64,000 nucleotides of DNA from an uncultured Thermoplasmata archaeon. Its GTDB lineage: Archaea > Thermoplasmatota > Thermoplasmata > RBG-16-68-12. Under the pieces are notes generated by a model that was not told the origin of the DNA, did no database searches, and worked only from the letters and a program-made list of their open reading frames with translations. Position numbers and translations under genes: made by a program. The DNA lies in the NCBI GenBank assembly GCA_963768855.1, contig CAVYJM010000008.1:8664-72663 (forward strand). The letters run 5' to 3'. Positions 20,312 through 30,019 of the stretch are shown in pieces (position 1 is the first letter of the stretch; each line of letters starts with the position of its first letter).

Positions 20312-21943
20312 TTAGGCAGGGAGATCGCCGGGTGGCGGGCGGTAGTTCGCGTACTGCTCGCGCAGAGTGAGCTTGGAGAACTTGCCCGTCGCGGTTCGCG
20401 CGATCTCCTTCGTGAACACAATCGCGTCGGGGAGCCACCACTTCGCGAAGTTCGGTTCCAGGTATGCGCGCAGTTCGTCCGCGGAGACCTGCGCCCCCTC
20501 CTTCGCCACGATGACCGCGAGGGGGCGTTCGCCCCACTTCTCGTTCGCCATGGCGATGACCGCGGCCTCCTTGACGGCAGGGTGGCCCATCAACGCGTTC
20601 TCCAGGTCCACGGAGCTGATCCACTCGCCGCCGGACTTGATCAGGTCCTTCGTGCGGTCCACGATCTTCACGTAGCCTTCCGAATCAATCGTCACGACGT
20701 CCCCGGTCCGGAACCAACCGTCCTCCGTCCAGCGATCTTGGGCTTCGGGCATGCGGTAGTATCTCGCCGCGACCCACGGGCCCCGGATCTGGAGTTCGCC
20801 GAGCGCCTTTCCGTCCCACGGAGCGGGACCCGACTCGCCGATCGCGCGGATCTCGACGAACGGGGCGGGGAAGCCCTGCTTCGCGCGGATCTCGTACCGC
20901 TCCCTCTCCGGGAGGTCCTCGAGGTGGTGCTTCAGCGCGCTCACCGTGCCGAGGGGCGTCGTCTCCGTCATCCCCCAGGCGTGGACGACCTTGAGGCCCA
21001 GCTTGTCGAACCCGCGAATCATCGCTTCCGGAGCGGCGGAGCCGCCCACGAGCATCCGCATGCCGGGGGTGAGCCGCCAGCGGTTCGGGTTCTTGTTCAG
21101 GGCGTCCAAGATCCCCATCCAGATCGTCGGGACGCCGGCGGTCACCGTGACCCGCTCCCGCTCGAAGAGGTCGAGGAGGCTCTCCGGGTCGAGGTGTGGA
21201 CCTGGGTACACCTGTTTCGCCCCAATCATCGTGGAGATGAACGGGATGCCCCAGGCGTTCACGTGGAACATGGGGACGACCGCGAGGACCGAGTCGGTCT
21301 CGGCGATCCCGATGCCACCCGGCAACGCCCCGACGAGCGAGTGCAGCACGAGGGCGCGGTGTGAATAGAGGACGCCCTTCGGCCTCCCCGTGGTGCCCGA
21401 GGTGTAGCAGAGGCCCGCTGCGTCGTCCTCCGCGAGGGCCGGGGCGGTGAATCGTCCGGTCGCGGTCTTCAGGAAGCCCTCGTAGCTCTCGAGCCCCTCC
21501 GGCACCGGCTTCCCGGTGAGGGGTGCAACGAAGACGCGCTCGAACTTCACACGGTCCTTCACCCGATCGAGGATCGGGAGGAGCGTGTCGTCGATAATCA
21601 GGAAGCGGTCCTCCGCATGATTCAGGATGTAGGCCAGATCGTTCGGATGCAGGCGGAGATTCACCGTGTGCAGGACGCCGCCCGCGGCGGGCACGCCGAA
21701 GTAGGCCTCCAGGTGCACATAGTGGTTCCACATCAGCGTGGCGACGCGGTCACCCGGTTGGAGGCCCGCTTTCTGGAGGGCCTCCGCGAGCGCCCGGGCG
21801 CGGCGGTAGAAGTCCGCATAGGTGTAGCGGTGGAGGGATTTGTCCGGGAGCCTCGAGACGATCTCGGAGCGCCCGAATAGGGCGCCTGCGTGATCGAGGA
21901 TGTGCGGGAGCGTGAGCGGGAAATCCATCATCGTGCCCTTCAT
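20312..21943 (-). CDS. Medium/long-chain fatty acid-CoA ligase (AlkK/DmdB-like AMP-binding family)
   Basis: CYTSGTTGRPKGV, AWGMTET, WFRTGD, DRTKDLIKSGGEWISSVDLEN, terminal GKFSK. Confidence 0.93.
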   Translation of the reverse strand: MKGTMMDFPLTLPHILDHAGALFGRSEIVSRLPDKSLHRYTYADFYRRARALAEALQKAGLQPGDRVATLMWNHYVHLEAYFGVPAAGGVLHTVNLRLHPNDLAYILNHAEDRFLIIDDTLLPILDRVKDRVKFERVFVAPLTGKPVPEGLESYEGFLKTATGRFTAPALAEDDAAGLCYTSGTTGRPKGVLYSHRALVLHSLVGALPGGIGIAETDSVLAVVPMFHVNAWGIPFISTMIGAKQVYPGPHLDPESLLDLFERERVTVTAGVPTIWMGILDALNKNPNRWRLTPGMRMLVGGSAAPEAMIRGFDKLGLKVVHAWGMTETTPLGTVSALKHHLEDLPERERYEIRAKQGFPAPFVEIRAIGESGPAPWDGKALGELQIRGPWVAARYYRMPEAQDRWTEDGWFRTGDVVTIDSEGYVKIVDRTKDLIKSGGEWISSVDLENALMGHPAVKEAAVIAMANEKWGERPLAVIVAKEGAQVSADELRAYLEPNFAKWWLPDAIVFTKEIARTATGKFSKLTLREQYANYRPPPGDLPA

Positions 21944-22199
21944 CGCACCGCCTCCTGCCCGCCTTGGGGCGATGCGCGACGAGTCCACCCGCTAGCCTGC
22001 CCTGGCCTTCCCCGAGAGCCCACGGCTCTTCCCCTCGCCCGCCGCTATCGAAACGGCGGTATAAACGGGTTGTTCCAGACGATCCCGCGGTCCAGCAGCC
22101 GGAAGCCGACCCCGATCACCCTTCGCGCCCATTATCAGCGGCGGAATTCATGCCAGCGGGTTCATGGGCGCGGGGCGCGACGCGGGGAATGGAGCCGCC

Positions 22200-22535
22200 A
22201 TGGACTACGGATACCTCTCCGGCGCCATCCTCGGCACGGCCGCAGGGGGCTTCCTCGGCGTTGTGCTGTTCTACATCTACGTCCAGATTCGACGGACCCC
22301 GATGGAACTTTTGCAGCTCCGCGTATTCCAGAGTGTGAAAATCCTGGAACGAGCCCTGCTCTGTCTGGGCATCGGCCTGGTCGGCGGAGTGTTCCTGCTC
22401 CTCCCGGTGCTCCTGCAGATCCCGATCCCCCAGCTGGTCTATGTGGTAGCGGGTCTGCCTTTCTTCGCCCTATTCGTCTACGGCCTGGCGATGCTCGTCC
22501 GGACGTTCCGTTTCCCGACACGACCTCTCCCGTGA
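22200..22535 (+). CDS. Small membrane protein (3 TM)
   Basis: Hydrophobic 111-aa ORF with GC-biased codon usage. Confidence 0.7.
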   Translation: MDYGYLSGAILGTAAGGFLGVVLFYIYVQIRRTPMELLQLRVFQSVKILERALLCLGIGLVGGVFLLLPVLLQIPIPQLVYVVAGLPFFALFVYGLAMLVRTFRFPTRPLP

Positions 22536-22594
22536 CCGAACCCCCCGCACGCAGACGCGTGGGCTTAAGGTCGAGACGGGCTTCTGCGGGATAC

Positions 22595-23671
22595 ATGCAA
22601 TTCGATCGGTTCGACCTCCTCGCCCGCGTGCTCGAGGGGCATGACCACGCCCGGTATGACCTCTCCAGCAGCGACATGCCCGGCTGCCGCCTCTCCGAGG
22701 TTGGCGGCCTCGGTGACTGCTCCCTCGCGGAGAACCACGTCGGCGGCGGAGAGCCGCTGCGGGCCGAGCTCGCCCGTATCTACGGCGGCCATGTCGAGGA
22801 CTACATCGTGACGGCGGGCGCAAGCGAGGCGAACTTCGCCGTGTGCGCGGCCCTCGTGAGCCCGGGAGATCGCGTCCTCGTCGAGCGGCCCACCTACCAA
22901 CCGCTGGAGACCATCCCGCGCGGACTGGGAGCCGCGGTCACCCGGCTTCCGCGGAAGGAGGCGGATGGCTATCGGCTGACCTGTGACGATGTGCGCTCGG
23001 TTCTTCCAGAGGGTCTGCGGCTCCTCATCCTGACGAACCTGAACAACCCGACGGGGGTCGCCCTCGACCCGAAGGATGTGCAAGGGATCGCGGATCTCGC
23101 GGCCGAGCGGGGATTCTACGTGCTCGTGGACGAGATCTTCCGCGAGCTCGCGTTCGGTGCAGAGACCCCCACGATGGGAGGCCTCAACGAACACACAATC
23201 GTGACCTCCAGCGTGTCCAAGTTCTATGGCGCGGGCGGCCTGAAGATTGGCTGGATCCGGGCGGCCGCGCCGGTACGCGCCAGGATCCAGTCCGTCCTCG
23301 ATTATCTGTCCGGAACCCCCGCGGGGCCTTCGGAGAGGATCGCGCTCGCGCTCCTCCGGGACCGGGCGAAGACCGTGGATCGGAACCGACGCCTGATCGA
23401 AGACGGGCGGAAGGCTGCGCGCGAGTGGGCATCCTCGGAACCGGACCTCGCGTGGCAGGAACCGGTCGCGCATCTCACGTTCCCAGGGGTGGGAGGCGAC
23501 ACCGCGCGGCTGGCCGAGATCCTGCTTCGCGAGTACGACACGTTCATCGCGCCAGGGGAGAGCTTCGAGCTGCCCGGGCACTTCCGCCTCAACATCGGCA
23601 CCGGCGCGGAGCCACTCCGAGAGGGACTGGCCCGGTTCTCGAAGGCGCGCGCGGCTCTGAAGCAGAGATAG
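22595..23671 (+). CDS. PLP-dependent aminotransferase class I/II
   Basis: VTAGASEA, LILTNLNNPTG, LVDEIF, SSVSKFYGAGGLKIGW (PLP lysine); TATA-like CTTAAG about 30 nt upstream. Confidence 0.92.
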   Translation: MQFDRFDLLARVLEGHDHARYDLSSSDMPGCRLSEVGGLGDCSLAENHVGGGEPLRAELARIYGGHVEDYIVTAGASEANFAVCAALVSPGDRVLVERPTYQPLETIPRGLGAAVTRLPRKEADGYRLTCDDVRSVLPEGLRLLILTNLNNPTGVALDPKDVQGIADLAAERGFYVLVDEIFRELAFGAETPTMGGLNEHTIVTSSVSKFYGAGGLKIGWIRAAAPVRARIQSVLDYLSGTPAGPSERIALALLRDRAKTVDRNRRLIEDGRKAAREWASSEPDLAWQEPVAHLTFPGVGGDTARLAEILLREYDTFIAPGESFELPGHFRLNIGTGAEPLREGLARFSKARAALKQR

Positions 23672-23737
23672 CGCGCCCATCCGAGCGGAATCTCCTCGGC
23701 CCGTTCGCGCACGGGTGTTGGCATTGCTTCGGTGCGC

Positions 23738-24217
23738 TCACGCCACGGCGGTCGGAATCGGTGAACCAGGCGCCTGGGTGTGGGCTTTCGCGGGACGGAC
23801 CCGCCCGTGGAGGGTCGGGCGTGACCGCGCGGCGACTTGCGGGAGCGGGCGGAGCATGCGACGGACGGCGAAGTAGGCGGGCGCCACGATTGCGCCGCCC
23901 ACGGCCGAGAAGCCCGAGTTGGAGCCGAGCGAGCGGGTCACGAGGACGACTCCACGGAGGGCCGGCGTAAGGCCGATCGTCGACGTGAACGTGGAGAGGG
24001 ATTGGAGCAGCCATAGCGGGAGCACGCCGCGGACCGTCACGAGCACCTGGAGGACGGACGTTTGGACGATGGAGCTCTGCTCGAGGCTGAGGACGCGATC
24101 TCGAAGGCCGAGGGTGTAGTACGCAAAGAACAGGGCGGTCGTCTCTGCGCCGATGACCAGCGCGGCGAGCACTCGGCCTCGGGGCACGCTCCTCCGCATG
24201 GGACCCGGAAGAACCAC
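23738..24217 (-). CDS. Hypothetical membrane protein; ends uncertain
   Basis: Hydrophobic segments LAALVIGAETTALFFAYY and VLQVLVTVRGVLPLWLLQ; the C-terminus looks out of frame. Confidence 0.45.
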   Translation of the reverse strand: MVLPGPMRRSVPRGRVLAALVIGAETTALFFAYYTLGLRDRVLSLEQSSIVQTSVLQVLVTVRGVLPLWLLQSLSTFTSTIGLTPALRGVVLVTRSLGSNSGFSAVGGAIVAPAYFAVRRMLRPLPQVAARSRPTLHGRVRPAKAHTQAPGSPIPTAVA

Positions 24218-24273
24218 CTCGCTGGCGTTAATGCTCCTTTCGACCGCAGCGGGCGCTCAGCGGACAGAAGGGT

Positions 24274-27200
24274 TCAGTGAGTCTCGAACCGGGGCAGGAT
24301 GACCGTGAAGGTCGATCCTTTGCCGACTTCCGACACCGCCTCGATCTTGCCGCCATGGGCCACGACGATGCTTCGGCTGGTCGCGAGCCCAATCGGCCCG
24401 CTGTCGGTGTGCGGCGCTGCGCCATAAAGGGGGTGGAAGAGCTGTTGGAGGACCTCGGGCGACATCCCGGTCCCCGTGTCCTCGACGGACGCGAAGAGGA
24501 AGCCGGGCAATTCGGTGAGGCGGACCGTCACACTCCCTCGGGCCGTCGCCTGCAGGGCGTTCCGGAGGAGGTTGACAAAGACGTCCCGCATCTGGACCGT
24601 GTCGATGTTCGCGAACGCGGCGTGGTCTCCGGTCTCGACGCGGAGCGATACCTCGGGCTTCCGGAGGGGGCCGACCTGCTCGACCGCCGCGGCGATGACG
24701 GCCCGGATGTCCTCCGGAACGCGCCGGAGGGAGGGCTGCCTCGGGACGTCCACGAGGTCCGTGATGATCGCGGTGGCCTTCCTGCGCTGTTCGCCGATCG
24801 CCTCGAGCTTCTGGAGGATCTCCGGGTCCTTCTCGCGGCGGGCAATGTTCGCGGCGAGCAGGGAGATGTTCGTGAGGGGCGTGTTCACCTCGTGGGCCAC
24901 GTAGGCGGCGAGCTGACCCATCGAGGCGAGCCGATCGTTCTCCACGAGGACTTTCTCGATCCGGTTGCGCTCGACCGCACTCGCGACCACGTTCGCAATC
25001 GCGGTGCAGAAGCTGATGTCGTCCGGGGAGAACGCCCGCGGGTTGGTGGAATGGGCGCTCAGGATGCCGAACGGGCCCATGGAGCCGGAGATGACGATTG
25101 TGATCCCGCTCGAAAGGTTCCGGTCGGTGAAGAGCGCTGGGACCTTGAATCGCGTCTCGGTGGACGCGTTCTCCATGATCACCGGGGCTGCTCTGGTGAG
25201 CGTGTACGCGGCAAGGCTCTCTCCGGGGTCGTTCGCGATCCGCGTGCCCAGGGGCAGGTCCCAACCCACCTTCGCCCGGATTCCGAACGCGGTGCGGTCC
25301 GCGTTGAGCTCGAGGATGGACGCGTACTCGACCCCGAGCGTGCGGGTCAGGGTCGTGAGCGTCTCGTTCATGAGGGTCGTGAGCCGCGGCTCCGCGAGGG
25401 CTTTCTGTCCCAGGGCGGCGACCGCGGCCTGCTGGCGGGCGCGGGCTTCGAGATCGTGCCGAGCCTGGACCCGATCCGTAACATCGGCGGTCACCCCGAC
25501 GAACCCGATGATCGCGTCCGTACTGTCTCGGATGGCCGTGACCGCCACGGAGGCCGAAAAGCGGGTTCCGTCCTTGCGAGCCATTCTCCTCTCTCCTTCC
25601 CAATGACCCGCCTCGCGTATGAGCCGGGCAGCGCCTTCGAAATCTTCCCGCGCTTCCGGCGAGATGATGAACTCGCTGAGCGACTTGCCTCGGACCTCCG
25701 GGAACTTCCAACCGTACATCGTCGTCGCGTAGTCGTTCCAGTACATGATGCGGAAGTCCGCGTCCGTGGCGATGACCCCGTTCCTCACCTGATTCAGGAG
25801 GGACGCCTGGAACCGAATCTGCTCGAGCGCCTCGTTGCGCTCCGTGATGTCTCGATAGTTGAATACGACCGCGTGAAGATCCGGATCTTCGAGCAGGTTG
25901 GTCCCGACGATCTCGGTCCACCTCCACGAGCCGTCCGCGTGACGAATCCGGACCTCGGCCACGACGCTCTTCGACGGTGAGGCCATGAGGTCGGCAAATC
26001 CCACCGCAATTTGGGCGAAATCATCCGGATGAACGAACTTGAGGCCGGAGTTCCCCACGACCTCTTCAGATGCATGACCGAACATGCGGAGCGCCGACGG
26101 GCTCTGCCAGGTGACCATCCCGTCGGGGCCGACGAGGCTGATCCCGTCGCTGATCTTCGAGATGAGAGTTTGGAACCTCCGCGCATCCGCCTCGCGCGCC
26201 TCGAGCGCCTCCTTCTCCTGGGTCACATCTTCAATCATCGCGAGCGCTGCGTCCGGCTGCGTGCCGCGCGTGCTGAGCACGGTGACCGTGACGCGGCCCC
26301 AGAAGATTCGGCCGTCTTTCCGGACATAACGCCTCATGACCTGGTAACGCGTGCGAGCCCCGTGGGCGACTTCCTCGAACAAGCCCAGGGTCGGCTTGAC
26401 ATCGTCCGGGTGCGTCACCTGGGTGATGTGCATGCCTCGGAGCTCGTCCGGACCGTACCCCAACATGCGCTGGAATTCAGGGTTCGTTTCGCGGAAGTGT
26501 CCGTCGAGGTCTTCAAGCGCCACGCCGACCGGCGCGTCGAGGAACACGGTCCGGAAGCGCATCTCCGCGTTCCGTAGAGCTTCGTCCGCCCGCTTGCGGT
26601 CAATGGCCAGTGCGACCTGGGCCGAGACCATCGACAGGATCTCTTTCTCGGCCTCTGTGTAGCGCGTCGTGTCCGTGTAACTCTGCACCGCGAGTACGCC
26701 GAAGGGCCGACCCCCGACGGTCAATGGGACTCCGAGCCAGTCCACCCCCTCCACGCCGACCTTTTCGACTTCCCCCTTCTCCGTGAGCCCCACAAGGGAC
26801 TCGGGCGTCACGAGCAGGGGATTGCCCGAGCGCAGCACGTACTCCGTCAGCCCTCGGCCCGCCTTGTACGGGGCGGGGGGACTCTCCTTCGCATCGATGA
26901 AGTAGGGGAAGGTCAGGGTGTCGGTGGCCGGATCATGGAGTGCGATGTAGAGGTTCTCCGCGGGCATCAGGCTCGCGACCGTTCGATGGATCAGACGGAA
27001 GAGCTCCGGAAGGCCCTGGGCCATGGACGTGGCCTCCGAGATCTCGTACATGGCCGCCCGCAGCCGTTCCGTCCGGCGCTCCTTCGTGACGTCCCGGAGA
27101 ATCGTGAGCAGGCACGGTTCGCCCTCGATATCGACGGACTCGACCGAGGCGACGCCAATCCGGACGTCGCCCGACTTAGTCCGGAACGGGACCTCGAGAT

Positions 27201-27882
27201 CCCGGATCGACCCCTTCTGGCGCACCTCGCGCTCGATCCACTCCGAGGTCGTCGGATCAATCAGGACCGGGACCTCTACCGACGTCCGCCCGATGAGCTC
27301 CTCGCGGGCGTACCCGACCAGATTCAGGTACGCGTCGTTCGCTTCGATGAACCGTCCCTCGCCCCGCGTGACAAGGCTGAACCCGACCGGGCTCGCGCGG
27401 AAGGCCTTGCGGAACCGTTCCTCGCTCTCACCGAGCGCTTTCTTCTGCTCCTTCAGGCTGCGCCGCGCCCGCGCGGCCCGTATCTGGGCCTCGACCTCCG
27501 ACGGGAGGAGCTCGTTGTACCGCGCCGTCTTGACGAGGTACCCGGCGGCACCCGAGGCGAGGGCGCGGACCGCGGTCTGCTCCTGGCCAACCGCCACGAC
27601 GAGGATCTTCGGGACCTCGGGAATGCGCTCCGCGAGGACGGAGAGGACCTCGAGGGCCGGCATGTCCTTGACCTTGAAATCGAGGACGATCGCCGCGAAG
27701 GGCTGAGACAGCGCGGCCCGCAAGCCCTCGCGGGCCGTCCCCGTGATCGTGACCCGGTATCCCTTGCGCCCCAGGGCCATCGTGCTGAGCGCCTGATGTT
27801 CCTCGTTCGGGTCGATGACGAGGACCGCGGGCTCCTTGGTCGAGGGCGACTCCTTCGCGTCCTTCGAGGTGACGAGGGCCAT
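24274..27882 (-). CDS. Soluble hybrid sensor histidine kinase: REC-PAS-GAF-PAS-PAS-PAS-GAF-HisKA-HATPase
   Basis: REC (IVLDF, LVKT); four PAS/PAC units (EERFRKAF, EMRFRTVF, THPDD, HPDD); GAFs (WLGVPL...GVLAVQS); H-box VAHEVNTPL; N-box NLLRNA; G1 DTGTGM. Confidence 0.93.
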   Translation of the reverse strand: MALVTSKDAKESPSTKEPAVLVIDPNEEHQALSTMALGRKGYRVTITGTAREGLRAALSQPFAAIVLDFKVKDMPALEVLSVLAERIPEVPKILVVAVGQEQTAVRALASGAAGYLVKTARYNELLPSEVEAQIRAARARRSLKEQKKALGESEERFRKAFRASPVGFSLVTRGEGRFIEANDAYLNLVGYAREELIGRTSVEVPVLIDPTTSEWIEREVRQKGSIRDLEVPFRTKSGDVRIGVASVESVDIEGEPCLLTILRDVTKERRTERLRAAMYEISEATSMAQGLPELFRLIHRTVASLMPAENLYIALHDPATDTLTFPYFIDAKESPPAPYKAGRGLTEYVLRSGNPLLVTPESLVGLTEKGEVEKVGVEGVDWLGVPLTVGGRPFGVLAVQSYTDTTRYTEAEKEILSMVSAQVALAIDRKRADEALRNAEMRFRTVFLDAPVGVALEDLDGHFRETNPEFQRMLGYGPDELRGMHITQVTHPDDVKPTLGLFEEVAHGARTRYQVMRRYVRKDGRIFWGRVTVTVLSTRGTQPDAALAMIEDVTQEKEALEAREADARRFQTLISKISDGISLVGPDGMVTWQSPSALRMFGHASEEVVGNSGLKFVHPDDFAQIAVGFADLMASPSKSVVAEVRIRHADGSWRWTEIVGTNLLEDPDLHAVVFNYRDITERNEALEQIRFQASLLNQVRNGVIATDADFRIMYWNDYATTMYGWKFPEVRGKSLSEFIISPEAREDFEGAARLIREAGHWEGERRMARKDGTRFSASVAVTAIRDSTDAIIGFVGVTADVTDRVQARHDLEARARQQAAVAALGQKALAEPRLTTLMNETLTTLTRTLGVEYASILELNADRTAFGIRAKVGWDLPLGTRIANDPGESLAAYTLTRAAPVIMENASTETRFKVPALFTDRNLSSGITIVISGSMGPFGILSAHSTNPRAFSPDDISFCTAIANVVASAVERNRIEKVLVENDRLASMGQLAAYVAHEVNTPLTNISLLAANIARREKDPEILQKLEAIGEQRRKATAIITDLVDVPRQPSLRRVPEDIRAVIAAAVEQVGPLRKPEVSLRVETGDHAAFANIDTVQMRDVFVNLLRNALQATARGSVTVRLTELPGFLFASVEDTGTGMSPEVLQQLFHPLYGAAPHTDSGPIGLATSRSIVVAHGGKIEAVSEVGKGSTFTVILPRFETH

Positions 27883-28015
27883 ACTCTGACATCCTTTCCG
27901 CCGGCTGAGGCGCGGATTCGAGGCTCCCGGAGCGCCTTAAAGGCTATGTCATGGGAAATGGACCGTTTCCGTGTCACGCTCTATCACGGGACAGGGAGTG
28001 GCCGAACTTCGCCCC

Positions 28016-28717
28016 CTAGTGGAGCGGGTTCAAAGGAAGGGCAAAGCGGATCCGAGATCGGGGTCCGTCCACGCTGATCCGTGCGCGGTCGGTGGTCAAC
28101 TCTTCGAGCAACGGATGGACGCCCTCGGATTCGAGCAGCGCGAGGAAGGCTTGGAGCCGGTCGGGCTTCCCCTTCTCGCAGACCTTCTCGAAGCGCAGCC
28201 AGGCCGCCGTGACATGGAATCGGCGGCCCGCGCGAGTCTCACGGATCCGGATCGCGCCGATCTTCCGAAGGCGGGCTAGGGATCTCTCGAGGATGCCCGA
28301 ATCGGGGACGACCTGCCGGCCCAGGGTCGAACGGAGGAGTCCCGGGTGGTCGCGGATGATCTCCAGGACGCGTCGATCGAGCGGGTCCTGCCAGACCGCC
28401 AGGAAGGGCTCGGCCGCGGCGGGGAACGCGCCCGGGAGGAAGAGGAGGACCCGGTTCCCGAGCCGCCGCGTCCGCAGCAACCCATGGCCCGCGAGCCGCT
28501 GGACATGGAAGCGGAGCGAGGGAAGCGGCGAGAGCAGGAGGCGGGAGGCGGACCGAAGGTGGACCCCGGGGTAGGCAGCGGCCGTCAGGACGATCTCCAG
28601 ACGGCGGGGGTTCAGCAGCCAGGACGGCCCAGGCCGGCGGCTGGGCTGCTCGAGCTTGACGGCTTCGAGTCCCAGGGCCCGCTGGAGTCCTCGCGCAAAC
28701 CCGGAGGGCGTCGCCAC
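28016..28717 (-). CDS. Tandem winged-HTH transcriptional regulator-like protein; start uncertain
   Basis: NPRRLEIV...YPGVHLR...SLRFHVQRL..HGLL and RRVLEIIRDHPGL...LERSLARL..IGAI. Confidence 0.7.
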   Translation of the reverse strand: MATPSGFARGLQRALGLEAVKLEQPSRRPGPSWLLNPRRLEIVLTAAAYPGVHLRSASRLLLSPLPSLRFHVQRLAGHGLLRTRRLGNRVLLFLPGAFPAAAEPFLAVWQDPLDRRVLEIIRDHPGLLRSTLGRQVVPDSGILERSLARLRKIGAIRIRETRAGRRFHVTAAWLRFEKVCEKGKPDRLQAFLALLESEGVHPLLEELTTDRARISVDGPRSRIRFALPLNPLH

Positions 28718-28754
28718 GAGGGGGGAATACCTCCGTCCCTCAAGAGGCTTTGAG

Positions 28755-29555
28755 TCACCACCCGTGGGGGAACGCGGGCTCGACCCGCAGCCCGAGCGCC
28801 TCCCCGAGGCGCATCAGCTTGGCCTCCGCGCCTTCGAAGTATCGAGGATCCTCGTGGGACGCGAGGAACGCGTCCTCGAGCCCGGTCGCGAGGGCCTCGG
28901 GGGCCACACGCTCCGCGACGCCAGGCCGGTACCGGAGGCGGTCGAACATCACATGGCGCGTCCCGGTGGCCGCGATCGAACGCAGGAGCGGCTCCGCGGT
29001 CGCCTCGGTCGTGGAGGGCAGAATCGGGCCGACAAAGGCCCAGGTCCGGATTCCGGCGTCGTTCAGCCGGCGAAGCGTCTCGATGCGCCGCTCGGACGGG
29101 CTCGCGAGGGGTTCAAACCGCCGTCGAAGCACGTCGTCCAGGGTGGTGACCGTCACACCGACCTCGACATCCGCCAGGCGGTTCAGCACATCCAGGTCCT
29201 TCAGCACGAGGCTCGACTTCGTCTGGATGCTGACCGGGAACGCGAAGCGCGCGAGCTGTTCCAGGCAGTACCGCGTGAGGCGGTACCGCGCCTCCAGCGG
29301 CTGGTACCCGTCCGTCACCGTGCCGATCCCGACGACGCCCCTCGGCTTACGCTTCAGCTCCCGTGCCAAGACCGCCGGGATATTCCGCTTCACGTCGACG
29401 AATCGGCCCCACGGCCGGACCTCGCGAAGGACCGCGGGGGAGTAGCAGTAGACGCACCCGATCGAACAGCCCCGGTACGGATTGAGCGCATAGTCGAGCC
29501 CGGGCAGCGAGGAAGGCGAGAGCGCCGTCGAGCAGGAGACCTCGCGGACCTTCAT
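28755..29555 (-). CDS. Radical SAM protein, spore photoproduct lyase-like/Rv2578c family
   Basis: [16 protein letters not shown] (CxxxCxxC), [30 protein letters not shown]. Confidence 0.9.
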   Translation of the reverse strand: MKVREVSCSTALSPSSLPGLDYALNPYRGCSIGCVYCYSPAVLREVRPWGRFVDVKRNIPAVLARELKRKPRGVVGIGTVTDGYQPLEARYRLTRYCLEQLARFAFPVSIQTKSSLVLKDLDVLNRLADVEVGVTVTTLDDVLRRRFEPLASPSERRIETLRRLNDAGIRTWAFVGPILPSTTEATAEPLLRSIAATGTRHVMFDRLRYRPGVAERVAPEALATGLEDAFLASHEDPRYFEGAEAKLMRLGEALGLRVEPAFPHGW

Positions 29556-29989
29556 GGAAACCTCAGCCGCATCACGCGTTCCAGGGATTCCCGCGCGTCC
29601 GGCACGACCTCGTACTCGCCGAGCTCCTTCAGCGGGAGGAACCGCGCGTTCTCCGCATCGCTCGCGGGGAAGGGCTCGCCAGAGACGTAGTCACAGAGGA
29701 CCCCGAACAGGACGTAGTGCCACCGCACCCGCCCCGCGACGTCCCGGACGATCACGTCCCGGATGTCCACCACGCAGCGCGGCCGCACGACCACCCCGGT
29801 CTCCTCGAGGGTCTCCCGAGCGGCGGCCTGCTCCACGGTCTCCCCGAGCTCCAGGGATCCTCCCGGCGGGCTCCACAGGCCCTTGCTCGGCTCGTCGTTC
29901 CGCTTCACGAGGAGGACGGCATCGTCGCGGAACACAATCGCGTCGACCGCCGGGACGGGCCGCTCGGGGAACTCGTTGGGCGAAACCAT
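29552..29989 (-). CDS. Nudix hydrolase (ADP-ribose pyrophosphatase-like)
   Basis: Nudix box [23 protein letters not shown]; SDAENARF; the stop overlaps the radical SAM start (ATGA). Confidence 0.92.
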   Translation of the reverse strand: MVSPNEFPERPVPAVDAIVFRDDAVLLVKRNDEPSKGLWSPPGGSLELGETVEQAAARETLEETGVVVRPRCVVDIRDVIVRDVAGRVRWHYVLFGVLCDYVSGEPFPASDAENARFLPLKELGEYEVVPDARESLERVMRLRFP

Positions 29990-30019
29990 CGTCTCCCCCG
30001 GACCCTCGCGAGGCCGATT

